A stretch of DNA of 64,000 nucleotides from Terriglobia bacterium (GTDB lineage: Bacteria > Acidobacteriota > Terriglobia > 20CM-2-55-15), in the NCBI GenBank assembly GCA_963664115.2, contig CAXWPJ010000002.1:896001-960000 (forward strand). The letters are read 5' to 3'. Of the stretch, positions 9,438 to 17,969 are shown piece after piece. How positions within the stretch are numbered: position 1 is the first letter of the stretch; each line of letters starts with the position of its first letter. A program made the translations under genes and the position numbers. The notes under the pieces were generated by a model. The model did not search any database. It saw nothing but the letters and a program-made list of their open reading frames with translations, and was not told where the DNA came from.

Positions 9438-11266
9438 CGAATCTCCGGATCTTGATTACCCGCGCCGAAAAGGTTCGAAGGATCCAGAGTCTTCTTCAGC
9501 TCGCGTTTCCATTGAAGCGCCGTCTCAGACATGATTCGCGGCAGGTATGCCTGCCGGAGTTTGCCCACCCCATGATGGTGCGACAGAGACCCACCGGCCT
9601 TCAAAATTTCGTCGCGTGCGGCGTCCTCCAATTCGAGATAGATCTTCTGCGGATCGGGAATCCCCTTGTAGTAGAAGCCGAAGTAGAAATAAATGCAGAC
9701 CCCGGTGCGGTAGACCTGTGTTACGCGCGCGGTGACGTAGGGCTTGCCGGGTAATCCCCGGCCCTCGTACTCGTCGATGAGGCGCCGTTTCACGTTGTCG
9801 ATAAGCCCGAGCGCACCGCTCCAGGACACGGAGGTCTCGAAAGACTCTGCGATAACGTAGTAACTCATGAGAAAGTCACGGATGTATGCGATGCTGAACG
9901 TCAGCTGATAGCCGCGCCTGCCGTTCTCGCTACCGGCCGCCATTCCCCCATGACGGGTGGCGATTCGATAGAGATCGCGCTGCTGCTGAGACACTTCCGA
10001 ACGAGAGCCTTCAAACACAAGCGTGCATGCCACCATCTTCTCAGGCTGAAACCCTTTGATCCGGGTAACGTAGAATCGTTGCGCTCTGCTCTTCAACACC
10101 GCTATTCCGGCTGCCCCGGCTGCCGGCTTCAATGCAAGTCCGAACTGAAACTGAAGGTTGTCCACCAGACGCACACTGGCTGGAGGGGTGGCTTCGCGCG
10201 CCAGGTCGTACATGAAGCCGAATCCGTCTTCGAAGGTCGGGAACAGGACCGATCCATACTCCTGCTTGTCCGGCAAGCTGAATATCTTCACGATTGCTGA
10301 AGTAATGATTCCAAGCGTGCCTTCCGAACCGAACATCAATTGACGCAGGTCGGAACCGACCGACTCACGCGGCGACACGCCCGTCCGCTCAAGAGCGCCG
10401 GAAGCCGTCGCAACCTTCACATCGAGCACTATGTCTTCAATATTGCCGTACCGATTCTTCTTCATGCCGCTGGCATTGGTCGCAATCCAACCGCCGAGCG
10501 TGGAAAATTCGACGCTGTCGGGTTCGTGGCCCATCGTGACACCGTACTTTTCCAGTTCCGCCACGATGCGACGCCCCGGGGCTCCCGCCTCGACGCAGGC
10601 CATCATGTTCTTGCGATCGACCCAGACGACCCGGTTCAAGCGGCTCATGTCGACTGAGACGATAGTGCGCTGCTCGTCCTCTCGACAGCGAAGGGCATCG
10701 GTCACGTTTGTGCCACCGCCATAGGGGATCAGCGAAACATCGTGCCTCTTCGCGGCGTCGACCAGGCTTGCGACCTGATCCTCGTCTTGCGGGTACACCA
10801 CGAGATCCGGGATGCGACCCAAATCGGCATACTTGATGGCATACATTTCTTCCTGGGTGTGGCCGTGTCCGTGCCGCAGCCGTACTTCACCGCTGGATTC
10901 GATTTGATCCGCCTTCAGGAACTCACCGATCGCGGACAGAAACCCTGGAGCGCTCCGCGGCGGCGGAATGGTGGGGGGGTAGTTTGGGGCGTTGAATTCT
11001 TTGGGGTCGACATCCACACCGAGGACCTTTCTCACCCAGGGCAAAAACCGCGGCAACTCCTGTCCACTGAGCTCATATCGGGTTCCACGGATGACGACGT
11101 GACCGTTCTCATTGAAATCAAAACGGGTGTCGCGAAATCCCCAGACATCAAGGCTTTCAGCTTCACTCGCGTCGTCCGCAGCTGGCGTTTCGGGAAATAT
11201 CAGGGAGCCGTCGTCATCAGCGCTCTCGGCGGCGATGGGGCGGGGAGGTGTGTTGTCCAGACTCAA
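9434..11266 (-). CDS. Alkyldihydroxyacetonephosphate synthase (AGPS/ADHAPS), FAD-linked
   Basis: IPYGGGT, GHEPDSVEFSTLGGWIAT, ASGMKKNRYGNIED, GSEGTLGIIT, SLSHHHGVGKLR. Start uncertain; TTG at 11266 chosen over 11503. Confidence 0.88.
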   Translation of the reverse strand: MSLDNTPPRPIAAESADDDGSLIFPETPAADDASEAESLDVWGFRDTRFDFNENGHVVIRGTRYELSGQELPRFLPWVRKVLGVDVDPKEFNAPNYPPTIPPPRSAPGFLSAIGEFLKADQIESSGEVRLRHGHGHTQEEMYAIKYADLGRIPDLVVYPQDEDQVASLVDAAKRHDVSLIPYGGGTNVTDALRCREDEQRTIVSVDMSRLNRVVWVDRKNMMACVEAGAPGRRIVAELEKYGVTMGHEPDSVEFSTLGGWIATNASGMKKNRYGNIEDIVLDVKVATASGALERTGVSPRESVGSDLRQLMFGSEGTLGIITSAIVKIFSLPDKQEYGSVLFPTFEDGFGFMYDLAREATPPASVRLVDNLQFQFGLALKPAAGAAGIAVLKSRAQRFYVTRIKGFQPEKMVACTLVFEGSRSEVSQQQRDLYRIATRHGGMAAGSENGRRGYQLTFSIAYIRDFLMSYYVIAESFETSVSWSGALGLIDNVKRRLIDEYEGRGLPGKPYVTARVTQVYRTGVCIYFYFGFYYKGIPDPQKIYLELEDAARDEILKAGGSLSHHHGVGKLRQAYLPRIMSETALQWKRELKKTLDPSNLFGAGNQDPEIR

Positions 11267-11358
11267 GGGGCCAATTCTAATACAAGAGGGCGGTGCGCGA
11301 CAGTTTATCAGATGCCGAGGCGTTACCGCAGCTCGATTGCCGCTCCCCTGCGATTCTG

Positions 11359-11733
11359 TTACTCGAATGTGATTCGGTCGATCATCGGGGGGTCTTGATC
11401 CCCGAATTGGCGATGGACAACGTAGATATAATCGCCTACGGCCGCTCCCGTCGTCGATTGCCCTTCGTACGTTGCAACGCCGGCCACTTCCCCCGACATC
11501 CATCCGTCGTTATTCGTCAACGCCACGACACCGGCACCGCTATTGAATACGATAGCCAAGCGTGCGTCCGCCGCCCATACGAGTCCGTCGGGGCCGGCCA
11601 CGGGTTCGGCTAGATTCACCTGTCGCGTTTCAGCTGGATCGTCCATAGGCATTTTGTAAATATTTCCGCTGCCTATCACCAACAGATAGCCGTCCGGATG
11701 GTGAACGATACCGTTCAGGGCTGACCCTTCCAT
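11359..11733 (-). pseudogene. C-terminal remnant of an SMP-30/gluconolactonase-like beta-propeller protein
   Basis: LNGIVHHPDGYLLV, GPDGLVW and TTGAAVGDYIYVV blades; N-terminal part absent; overlapped by the radical SAM gene tail. Confidence 0.55.
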
Positions 11734-12673
11734 TGACAGGCTGGCACTTGGCACCCTGAATGACATTCAACTCGTCCATGCGTCGCCGTATACCCAGCAT
11801 GACTTCGTTGCGCGTCTTGCCCCAGTCGGGGGCGACGAGTAAGCTGAGGGGTGCTTCACCGAAAAGTCGCTCGATGACGATAGAAGGTTTGAGGCGCTCT
11901 ACGAATTCGCAGATCAAATCAAGATATTCCTCGAAGCTCATCAGAGGGAAGGGCTGCTCAAGGTATTCTCGAGCCATCGCCGTGCCGCGCACAATGTGCA
12001 GATGATGAATTTTGAGGGAATCAATGCCGACTCGCGACATTTCATCCGCCATAGAGAGCCATTGATCGCGGGTTTCCCATGGAAAGCCCAGAATCAGGTG
12101 TGCGGCGGTATGAAATGCCCGGCCGCGTGTGAGCTCCATCGCACGGATGAACGCGCTGTAGTCATGCCCCCGATTGATTCTCTGAAGAGTGTCGTCGTAG
12201 ATTGACTCCACACCGAATTCCAGTGAGACCAAGGTCTTCTGGGCGATCGTGTCGATCATTTCTATCTTTGCTTCGTCCACGCAATCGGGCCGTGTCCCTA
12301 TCGCCAGACCGACGACATCAGGATGTTCCAGCGCCTCGGTGTACAGCGCGCGCAGGTAATGGGTGTCGGCGTAAGTATTTGAGAACGGCTGAAAGTAGAC
12401 GATGAATTTGCGGGCTCCGATCCTCTTGCGCAGGTAGGCGATTCCCTTGGCAACCTGTTCGTGGATTGGTGCCGTCTTTATGGCGAGCGGAGGGCGGAAC
12501 GAGCTGTTGTTGCAGTAGGTACATCCACCCACCGCTACCGTGCCGTCCCGGTTGGGGCATGTGAAACCCGCGTCTACGATGACCTTGTGGACACGTTCAC
12601 CAAACCGCCCCTGCAGCCAATGGTTGTATGTCCGGTAGCGGTCAGTTTTTCCAGCGACTCCCGGGGTCGTCAT
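11630..12673 (-). CDS. TIGR01212-family radical SAM protein (YhcC/YtqA-like)
   Basis: DAGFTCPNRDG...GGCTYC, YFQPFSNTY, IGTRPDC, LKIHHLHIVRGT. Confidence 0.88.
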   Translation of the reverse strand: MTTPGVAGKTDRYRTYNHWLQGRFGERVHKVIVDAGFTCPNRDGTVAVGGCTYCNNSSFRPPLAIKTAPIHEQVAKGIAYLRKRIGARKFIVYFQPFSNTYADTHYLRALYTEALEHPDVVGLAIGTRPDCVDEAKIEMIDTIAQKTLVSLEFGVESIYDDTLQRINRGHDYSAFIRAMELTRGRAFHTAAHLILGFPWETRDQWLSMADEMSRVGIDSLKIHHLHIVRGTAMAREYLEQPFPLMSFEEYLDLICEFVERLKPSIVIERLFGEAPLSLLVAPDWGKTRNEVMLGIRRRMDELNVIQGAKCQPVNGRVSPERYRSPSGRLSVGDRQRKYLQNAYGRSS

Positions 12674-13415
12674 TGTCACGGTCTCTCTGTTCCTGCCTGC
12701 GGTTGTAATAGACTTCAAACTTGCGGCGCAATCTCTCGCGTTTCCATCGGTCGTAGTATTCGCGGAATTTGCGGGTAGAGAGGCCCCCTCTGAGGTAGAG
12801 GTAGCCGAATATCATGCCTCCAAGGTGGGCGACGTGAGCCACTCCACCACCGCTTCCCCCAGAGAATGATGCCAGGAAGGCCATGCCTCCGATGAACATG
12901 ACGTAGTACTTCACTTTCACCGGGATCATAAAAGGAATGAGAAGCATCTCTCGATTTGGAAACAGTAGGCCGTAGGCGAGCAGGATGCCGTAAATAGATC
13001 CAGAGGCACCGATCGTGGGGATCGTCGAACCCGGGCTAGCTACAACGCTCGATATACCCGCACCGATCCCACAGATGAAGAAAAATTTTACAAACTCACG
13101 TGTTCCCCAGACGCTCTCCAGTTCTCTGCCGAACATCCACAACGCGAACATATTGAACAGAATGTGGAAGAAGCCGCCGTGAAGGAAAATGTAGGTGACG
13201 AGCTGCCAGACGGCAAGGCTGCCAATGACGGCTGCAGGCGTCAGGCCGAAGCTGCTAATGAGCGATATCTGGAAGGCCCTTCCGCCCAGGGTCTGAAGCA
13301 CATAGACAGCCGCGCAGATGATCAGGATGATCTTGATCGCTTTCGTCAGGCCGCCACCGCTTATGGACGCGTAGGCAGGGCGTCCGCCGTAATTGCCTCG
13401 ATAATAGCGGGTCAA
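12642..13415 (-). CDS. Rhomboid-family intramembrane serine protease
   Basis: WQLVTYIFLHGG, HILFNM, GASG and AHLGG motifs; TTG at 13415 with aagga upstream. Confidence 0.9.
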   Translation of the reverse strand: MTRYYRGNYGGRPAYASISGGGLTKAIKIILIICAAVYVLQTLGGRAFQISLISSFGLTPAAVIGSLAVWQLVTYIFLHGGFFHILFNMFALWMFGRELESVWGTREFVKFFFICGIGAGISSVVASPGSTIPTIGASGSIYGILLAYGLLFPNREMLLIPFMIPVKVKYYVMFIGGMAFLASFSGGSGGGVAHVAHLGGMIFGYLYLRGGLSTRKFREYYDRWKRERLRRKFEVYYNRRQEQRDRDNDDPGSRWKN

Positions 13416-13416
13416 T

Positions 13417-13581
13417 CTAATCGTCCTTGGGCCGGAGAAAGCGGCCCGCATAGAACAGGCTGGCGCCGATGGCCGCCGTTTGCAACATGGGTCCCATGTC
13501 TCCAAAGTAAATCAGGAGTGCTTCCATCGTGACAATGAGCCCGACTAATTGAAGACCGGCTGATGCGTAGTAGCGTATCAT
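13417..13581 (-). CDS. Small (54 aa) two-TM membrane protein, absent from the ORF track
   Basis: MIRYYASAGLQLVGLIVTMEALLIYFGDMGPMLQTAAIGASLFYAGRFLRPKDD*; stop lies 1 nt before the rhomboid start. Confidence 0.65.
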   Translation of the reverse strand: MIRYYASAGLQLVGLIVTMEALLIYFGDMGPMLQTAAIGASLFYAGRFLRPKDD

Positions 13582-13582
13582 T

Positions 13583-13656
13583 CTCTCTCGGAAACGCGGC
13601 CCGCAGCCTCTCTCGGAAAGGCGTCCCGCAGCTCACTCGAAAGGGCATCCGGAGTT
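13583..13656. repeat. 25-bp tandem direct repeat (two close copies and one degenerate)
   Basis: ctctctcggaaacgcggcccgcagc / ctctctcggaaaggcgtcccgcagc / tcactcgaaagggcatccggagtt. Confidence 0.65.
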
Positions 13657-13728
13657 GCGGCAACGCGTGAAACCTCAATTGTAACAACACGAAGGTAAAG
13701 TCTGAAGGGTTGCCTTTCTGGAACTTAA

Positions 13729-14313
13729 GTGATGCTTCCTTGGCTCGTCGTTCTAAAGATTCTTGCCAGTTTCCTCCTGGGGGCCGTTCCCTTTGCGGTG
13801 ATTGCGGTCTGGGGGACGGGCATCGATATTACGAGAGCCGGTTCCCAAAATCCTGGCTTCAATAACGTCCTTCGCGTATCTTCCCGCTCGCGGGCTGTCT
13901 TCGCGCTGATTGGAGACCTATCCAAGGGCGCCGCCGCAGTCGCGATATTATCTGCCGTTTCTGATCCTGTCTGGTTTCGCTGGAGTCTCGGACTCGCCGC
14001 GGTGGGAGGGCACTGTTGGACACCGTTTTTGAAATTCAAAGGTGGAAAAGGTGTCGCTACGATGGCAGGCGCCTTGCTGTATCTGGACGTCCAGATCACA
14101 GGTATTTGCCTGATCCTCTACCCGACTCTCCGCCTGTTCGGCCGGAGAATGGGGTGGGCTCAGGAAGGCGCCATCTCGTCCATGACGACGATGTCGGTAA
14201 TCGCGGGGACGATCCTGACACTGCGCGGTAGCGAAGCGGGGGCCTTCGCCTTCCTCGCCCTCGCCATCGTCATCCTCCGCCATTCCCCCAACATCCGCCA
14301 GCTATTCAAGTAA
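13729..14313 (+). CDS. plsY: PlsY-family acyl-phosphate acyltransferase (divergent motif 1)
   Basis: FLLGAVPF, GSQNPGFNNVLR, DLSKG, GHCWTPFLKFKGGKGVAT, RHSPNIRQL. Confidence 0.82.
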   Translation: MMLPWLVVLKILASFLLGAVPFAVIAVWGTGIDITRAGSQNPGFNNVLRVSSRSRAVFALIGDLSKGAAAVAILSAVSDPVWFRWSLGLAAVGGHCWTPFLKFKGGKGVATMAGALLYLDVQITGICLILYPTLRLFGRRMGWAQEGAISSMTTMSVIAGTILTLRGSEAGAFAFLALAIVILRHSPNIRQLFK

Positions 14314-14327
14314 GAGAAAGACTTTTC

Positions 14328-14483
14328 ACCGCAAAGACGCAAAGGAAGAATGGCTGCCTACACTTCTTATCAGCAGGATTTTTGGTTTCGCAAGAAAGCT
14401 GTCGGAACCCTTAACGTCAGGTAAACCGAAGCTCCACCCAGCCAAGATCCCTTTGCGTCTTTGCGCCTTTGCGCCTTTGCGGT
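14328..14483. repeat. Intergenic palindrome of cgcaaag-type 8-mer units between convergent genes
   Basis: accgcaaagacgcaaagga ... ctttgcgt-ctttgcgc-ctttgcgc-ctttgcggt. Confidence 0.75.
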
Positions 14484-14500
14484 TCATTCTTCCTTTCTCT

Positions 14501-15436
14501 TCACGGAACGAACATGCGGATGGCGGTGGGGAGAACGGTAATTTCCAGAGGGAGTTGTCCCAAAGGTTCGCCGTCGATTTCGATTCTGGTCGTATGCGGG
14601 GATTTTGCCGCCAGCTGTTTCACACGGCTGTGGTGGATTTTCGGGTGGTCATAGATCTGCCCATTGAAGAGGATGCGGCTATTTCGGATGATTTCCAAAA
14701 GCGAAAGCTTTTCGATCAGCGTCACGTCGAGGAATCCGTCGTTCGGAATGGCCCGCGGACAGATGTGCATTCCGGCCCCGTGGTACTGGCCGTTTCCAAC
14801 GGCAACGTTCGCGATTCGGAATTTGCGCCATTCGCCGCCGTCTGCCTGAATTGATACGTCATTCCCCCTGAAGCCGAGACCTGTAATTGCCGTTGCCGTT
14901 AAGAAAGCCGCCCTACCTCCCAAAGGCTTGGACGAGCGGTTGGCTCGTTCCGCAACCGCCCCACCCATGCCGAAGCTCGTAATATTGAGCGCGTACCGGG
15001 TTCGGTTCGCGCCCGTCGTATCCTGAAAAACAACGCGCATGGCATCAAGAACAGCGGTCTCGCCACGATCGATAACGCCGATGGCCTCGTCTTCACTAAG
15101 AGGCAGATTTACGGTTCGACGGAAGTCCGAACCCGTTCCCTGGGGAATGAGTCCCAGAGTCACGGTGGTATTCGGAGCACCTTCCGACAGGATTCCGTTG
15201 ACGGTTTCGTTCAGTGTCCCGTCTCCGCCTACTATGATTATCGTGCTGTAGCCCGATCGAACGGCTTCCTCGGACAACTCGATCGTATGTCCGGCGGATT
15301 CGGTCTGCATCACGTCAATTCGAGGACATGCCAGTGCGAGCTTGGCCTGGATTCTGCTCCAGTTGCGGCCGGTCTTTCCGTTGGCGGATTGCGGATTGAC
15401 GATAACGGCTACGGGTTGTCCATCGCTTTGCATCAA
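14501..15436 (-). CDS. Diacylglycerol/lipid kinase family protein (YegS/DgkB-like)
   Basis: VIVNPQSANGK, GGDGTLNETVNG, LIPQGTGSDF, IDGEPLG. Confidence 0.9.
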   Translation of the reverse strand: MMQSDGQPVAVIVNPQSANGKTGRNWSRIQAKLALACPRIDVMQTESAGHTIELSEEAVRSGYSTIIIVGGDGTLNETVNGILSEGAPNTTVTLGLIPQGTGSDFRRTVNLPLSEDEAIGVIDRGETAVLDAMRVVFQDTTGANRTRYALNITSFGMGGAVAERANRSSKPLGGRAAFLTATAITGLGFRGNDVSIQADGGEWRKFRIANVAVGNGQYHGAGMHICPRAIPNDGFLDVTLIEKLSLLEIIRNSRILFNGQIYDHPKIHHSRVKQLAAKSPHTTRIEIDGEPLGQLPLEITVLPTAIRMFVP

Positions 15437-15670
15437 CTGTTCGTTCGGAGAAAGGCCACGGTGTTAACGATCTGTCTGTCGAGATTGTCACCCCTGATCG
15501 TTTCGATCCTCGCGTTGTTCTCTTATGGTGAAGCGACGCGGCACTGGGGGCGCAGCCGTCGGTCCCTGAATCTTTCTATGGATTGTTCAAGGAGAGAGTC
15601 GATCACATGGCGACCAACAATCCTGTAGCGCCCGTGACCAGAATGCGTTTAATCGGAACAGACGTTTCAT
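15433..15670 (-). pseudogene. Remnant of an NAD-dependent epimerase/dehydratase (extended SDR)
   Basis: KRILVTGATG-(frameshift)-VGRHVIDSLLE...(stop)...RIETIRGDNLD; only about 75 codons remain; ATG overlaps the FAR stop. Confidence 0.65.
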
Positions 15671-17274
15671 GAAACAGGGATGTTGATGGACTGCTCCAGG
15701 GCCTTCATCTGCTTGGCGAACATGGGGCGAATCCACCGTTCAATGCCCTTGGTGTGGATATTGACCCAGTAGTCGGCCCAATCGATATCTTCAGGAGTCC
15801 ACTGAAGGCGTTCCTGGTCTTTTGGTGTAAGCAAGTTGTAGGCGCGCCGAATGTTTCCGGTTTCGAAAATGAAGCTGTTATGCACCATGAAAGGAAGGAA
15901 TTTATCCAGAGTTTGTTCCTGCTGTCGCAGTTGCCGACGCGTGATTCTCAGGTTCCGCAAATAGGAGTTCATGATGCGTGATCCGAGAATCACCTTCAAG
16001 AAGTTGAACGTCGCCTGGATCAAGTCCAGCCCCCAACGTACTCGCTTGCGGCTTGCCGCCAGTTGGGAAACGCTTACGACTTCGGTTTCGACGTAGGCCT
16101 TCCAGACATTGGCAAGCTTGTTGCCGCTTGTCTTGTGTTTGTGCTTGTAACGGGAATTTGTTCCCAGAAATCCGACCAGACGCGGCAGCATGATGGGATT
16201 GTCGGCAGCTGTCGCCAGGTGGTACACCGTCTCACCGCGGTCGGCCAGCACCGCAGCCGTCGCGATGAGGATGCCGGCGGCTATCAGGTCGACCGGAATA
16301 ATCTCCAGCGATCCGTCCTTCCTGACCGGCCACGCTTTGACCCCTTCACCGCCCATCAGGACCAGGGGCGCCGACGTTGTCATTCCCTCATTCCAACCGG
16401 GAAATGGGAACGCGAGCGAGGATTCGACGATCGCAGGTCGCACGATGCAGTACTTCAAACCCTCTGTGCGGGCGATGAGCTGTTCGCCCATGCTTTTCGC
16501 ATAGGTGTAGGTATTGATCCATCCCCAGTGCTCCGCCCGCTCCATACCGCCGTCCCGGAGCAATATTTTGTCTTCGGTTTCTCCGATGAATTGTTCGCAC
16601 CACTCGAGTTCACGCGTGACGTCGAATCGACGGTCTTCGGGCCCTTCGCGTCCGGGGTAGTAACCGACGATCGGTGTATCTTCCGGAATACGGCCACTCT
16701 TCTTGCCTCCGACGTAGCAGGTCGAGATATGGACGAGTTTGGCATCGAGCACCTGTACCAGTTCGATCAGATTTTGGATGCCGTATACGTTCGTGATGAG
16801 AGATTCGTTTAGCGGTGGATCGAACTCCACCAACCCCGCCGAATTGATGACGACGTCTACCGTGTCGGTGAGTGCGGCCAGTTGCTCGGCCCGGATGCCA
16901 CACATGGGGGCGCTCAGATCGCCTTCTACAATGGAGGTGCGGTGCCGGATCGAGTCCACACCTATGCGTTCCACAATCGCCTGAAGGGGAGGGGATTTGA
17001 GTATTTCGTTGAGGAAACGCTGTTCACCCGAGACGTTCTTTTTAGGCCTGACCTGTATGATGAGGTGCCTCAGTTCCGGGAATCGGTCCAGCATCATGGC
17101 CAGCAGGACTTTCCCGACGAATCCCGTCCCACCCAGCAAAAGAATCGTTTTACTTCGGAATTGATCGATGGCAGAGATTTCTCCGGTACCTCGAGGGCGT
17201 CTGGTGTCGGTAGGGACGTATTGACCCTGGACAGGGTCAAAACGCCACGAGGAGAGTTGGCCTTCGTCGCTCAT
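15667..17274 (-). CDS. Alcohol-forming fatty acyl-CoA reductase (male-sterility type)
   Basis: LLGGTGFVGKVLL, HISTCYV, NTYTYAKSMGE, RPAIVESSLAFPFPGWNEG, IIPVD, C-terminal IDWADYW. Confidence 0.85.
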   Translation of the reverse strand: MSDEGQLSSWRFDPVQGQYVPTDTRRPRGTGEISAIDQFRSKTILLLGGTGFVGKVLLAMMLDRFPELRHLIIQVRPKKNVSGEQRFLNEILKSPPLQAIVERIGVDSIRHRTSIVEGDLSAPMCGIRAEQLAALTDTVDVVINSAGLVEFDPPLNESLITNVYGIQNLIELVQVLDAKLVHISTCYVGGKKSGRIPEDTPIVGYYPGREGPEDRRFDVTRELEWCEQFIGETEDKILLRDGGMERAEHWGWINTYTYAKSMGEQLIARTEGLKYCIVRPAIVESSLAFPFPGWNEGMTTSAPLVLMGGEGVKAWPVRKDGSLEIIPVDLIAAGILIATAAVLADRGETVYHLATAADNPIMLPRLVGFLGTNSRYKHKHKTSGNKLANVWKAYVETEVVSVSQLAASRKRVRWGLDLIQATFNFLKVILGSRIMNSYLRNLRITRRQLRQQEQTLDKFLPFMVHNSFIFETGNIRRAYNLLTPKDQERLQWTPEDIDWADYWVNIHTKGIERWIRPMFAKQMKALEQSINIPVS

Positions 17275-17969
17275 ATGGGTGTCTGGGTCGCTTCCATCGC
17301 TTGCGGGCCGGACCCGAGAAACGGTGGGAACGGGTTGAAATCGTCAGCTTGGTCCGAACCGCTGAGGCTAATGATGGGCCACTGTTTGCCCTTCGCGAAT
17401 CGACGCAGCCGGCGCGTGGGGTTGGTCGCGACTGGATTTCCTGTAGCCGTCAGCATGGGAATGTCTGATGTGCTGTCAGAGAATGCGCAGCATGCATTTA
17501 GATCGAGATTCTCCAATTCCGCGTAGGCCATTATGATCGTGGCTTTCGCGGTCTCCGCCACTAACGGGGCAAGAACTCTTCCTGTAGCGATGTGCTTCTT
17601 GAACTCAAGGCGGTTGCAGATCACGTCGTCGACACCCAAATGCAAGGCGATGGGCCGGACCGTGAAGTCGAGGGCCCCGGTAACGAGGACAGTGCGGTAG
17701 CCCAGTTTTCGGGTCTGACGGACCAGAGCTTCAGAATGGGTGTAAATCGAAGGTTTCAATGTGACCTCGAAGAGATCGTCCGCGAGTCCTACGAGCCGGT
17801 CCCGATGCATGCCGCGATACGCTCGAAAGAAGAACATGTTGCACAAGGTCGGCGAATAGAGATCCAGCCCAAGAAAAAGTGGGACACTGGTCAGCACCTT
17901 CACAAACTGATTGATCGACTTGAAGACAAACCGATCGTTGCGGGCGTAGTAGGCGCAGGTCGTGACTAG
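17271..17969 (-). pseudogene. HAD-IB phosphatase paralogue truncated at the 5' end by IS1380
   Basis: Colinear with 7873-8616 from LVTTCAYYARNDR onward but lacks motif I DxDGT; the ORF from 18032 starts inside the IS. Confidence 0.8.

Noticed and set aside
11267-11503. Long N-terminal extension of the AGPS ORF (similar extensions on the CoA-disulfide reductase, hemD, scpB and 51693-52721 ORFs)
   Set aside because: They overlap neighbouring genes or repeats and lack family similarity; downstream starts fit better.
11630-12673. Radical SAM gene as an ether- or membrane-spanning-lipid enzyme
   Set aside because: Motifs fit TIGR01212/YtqA, which is linked to tRNA modification; there is no B12-binding or lipid-enzyme architecture, so its position is likely incidental.
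14328-14483. Repeat loci as a CRISPR array
   Set aside because: Units are 7-9 bp, tandem and inverted, with no regular unique spacers and no cas genes.
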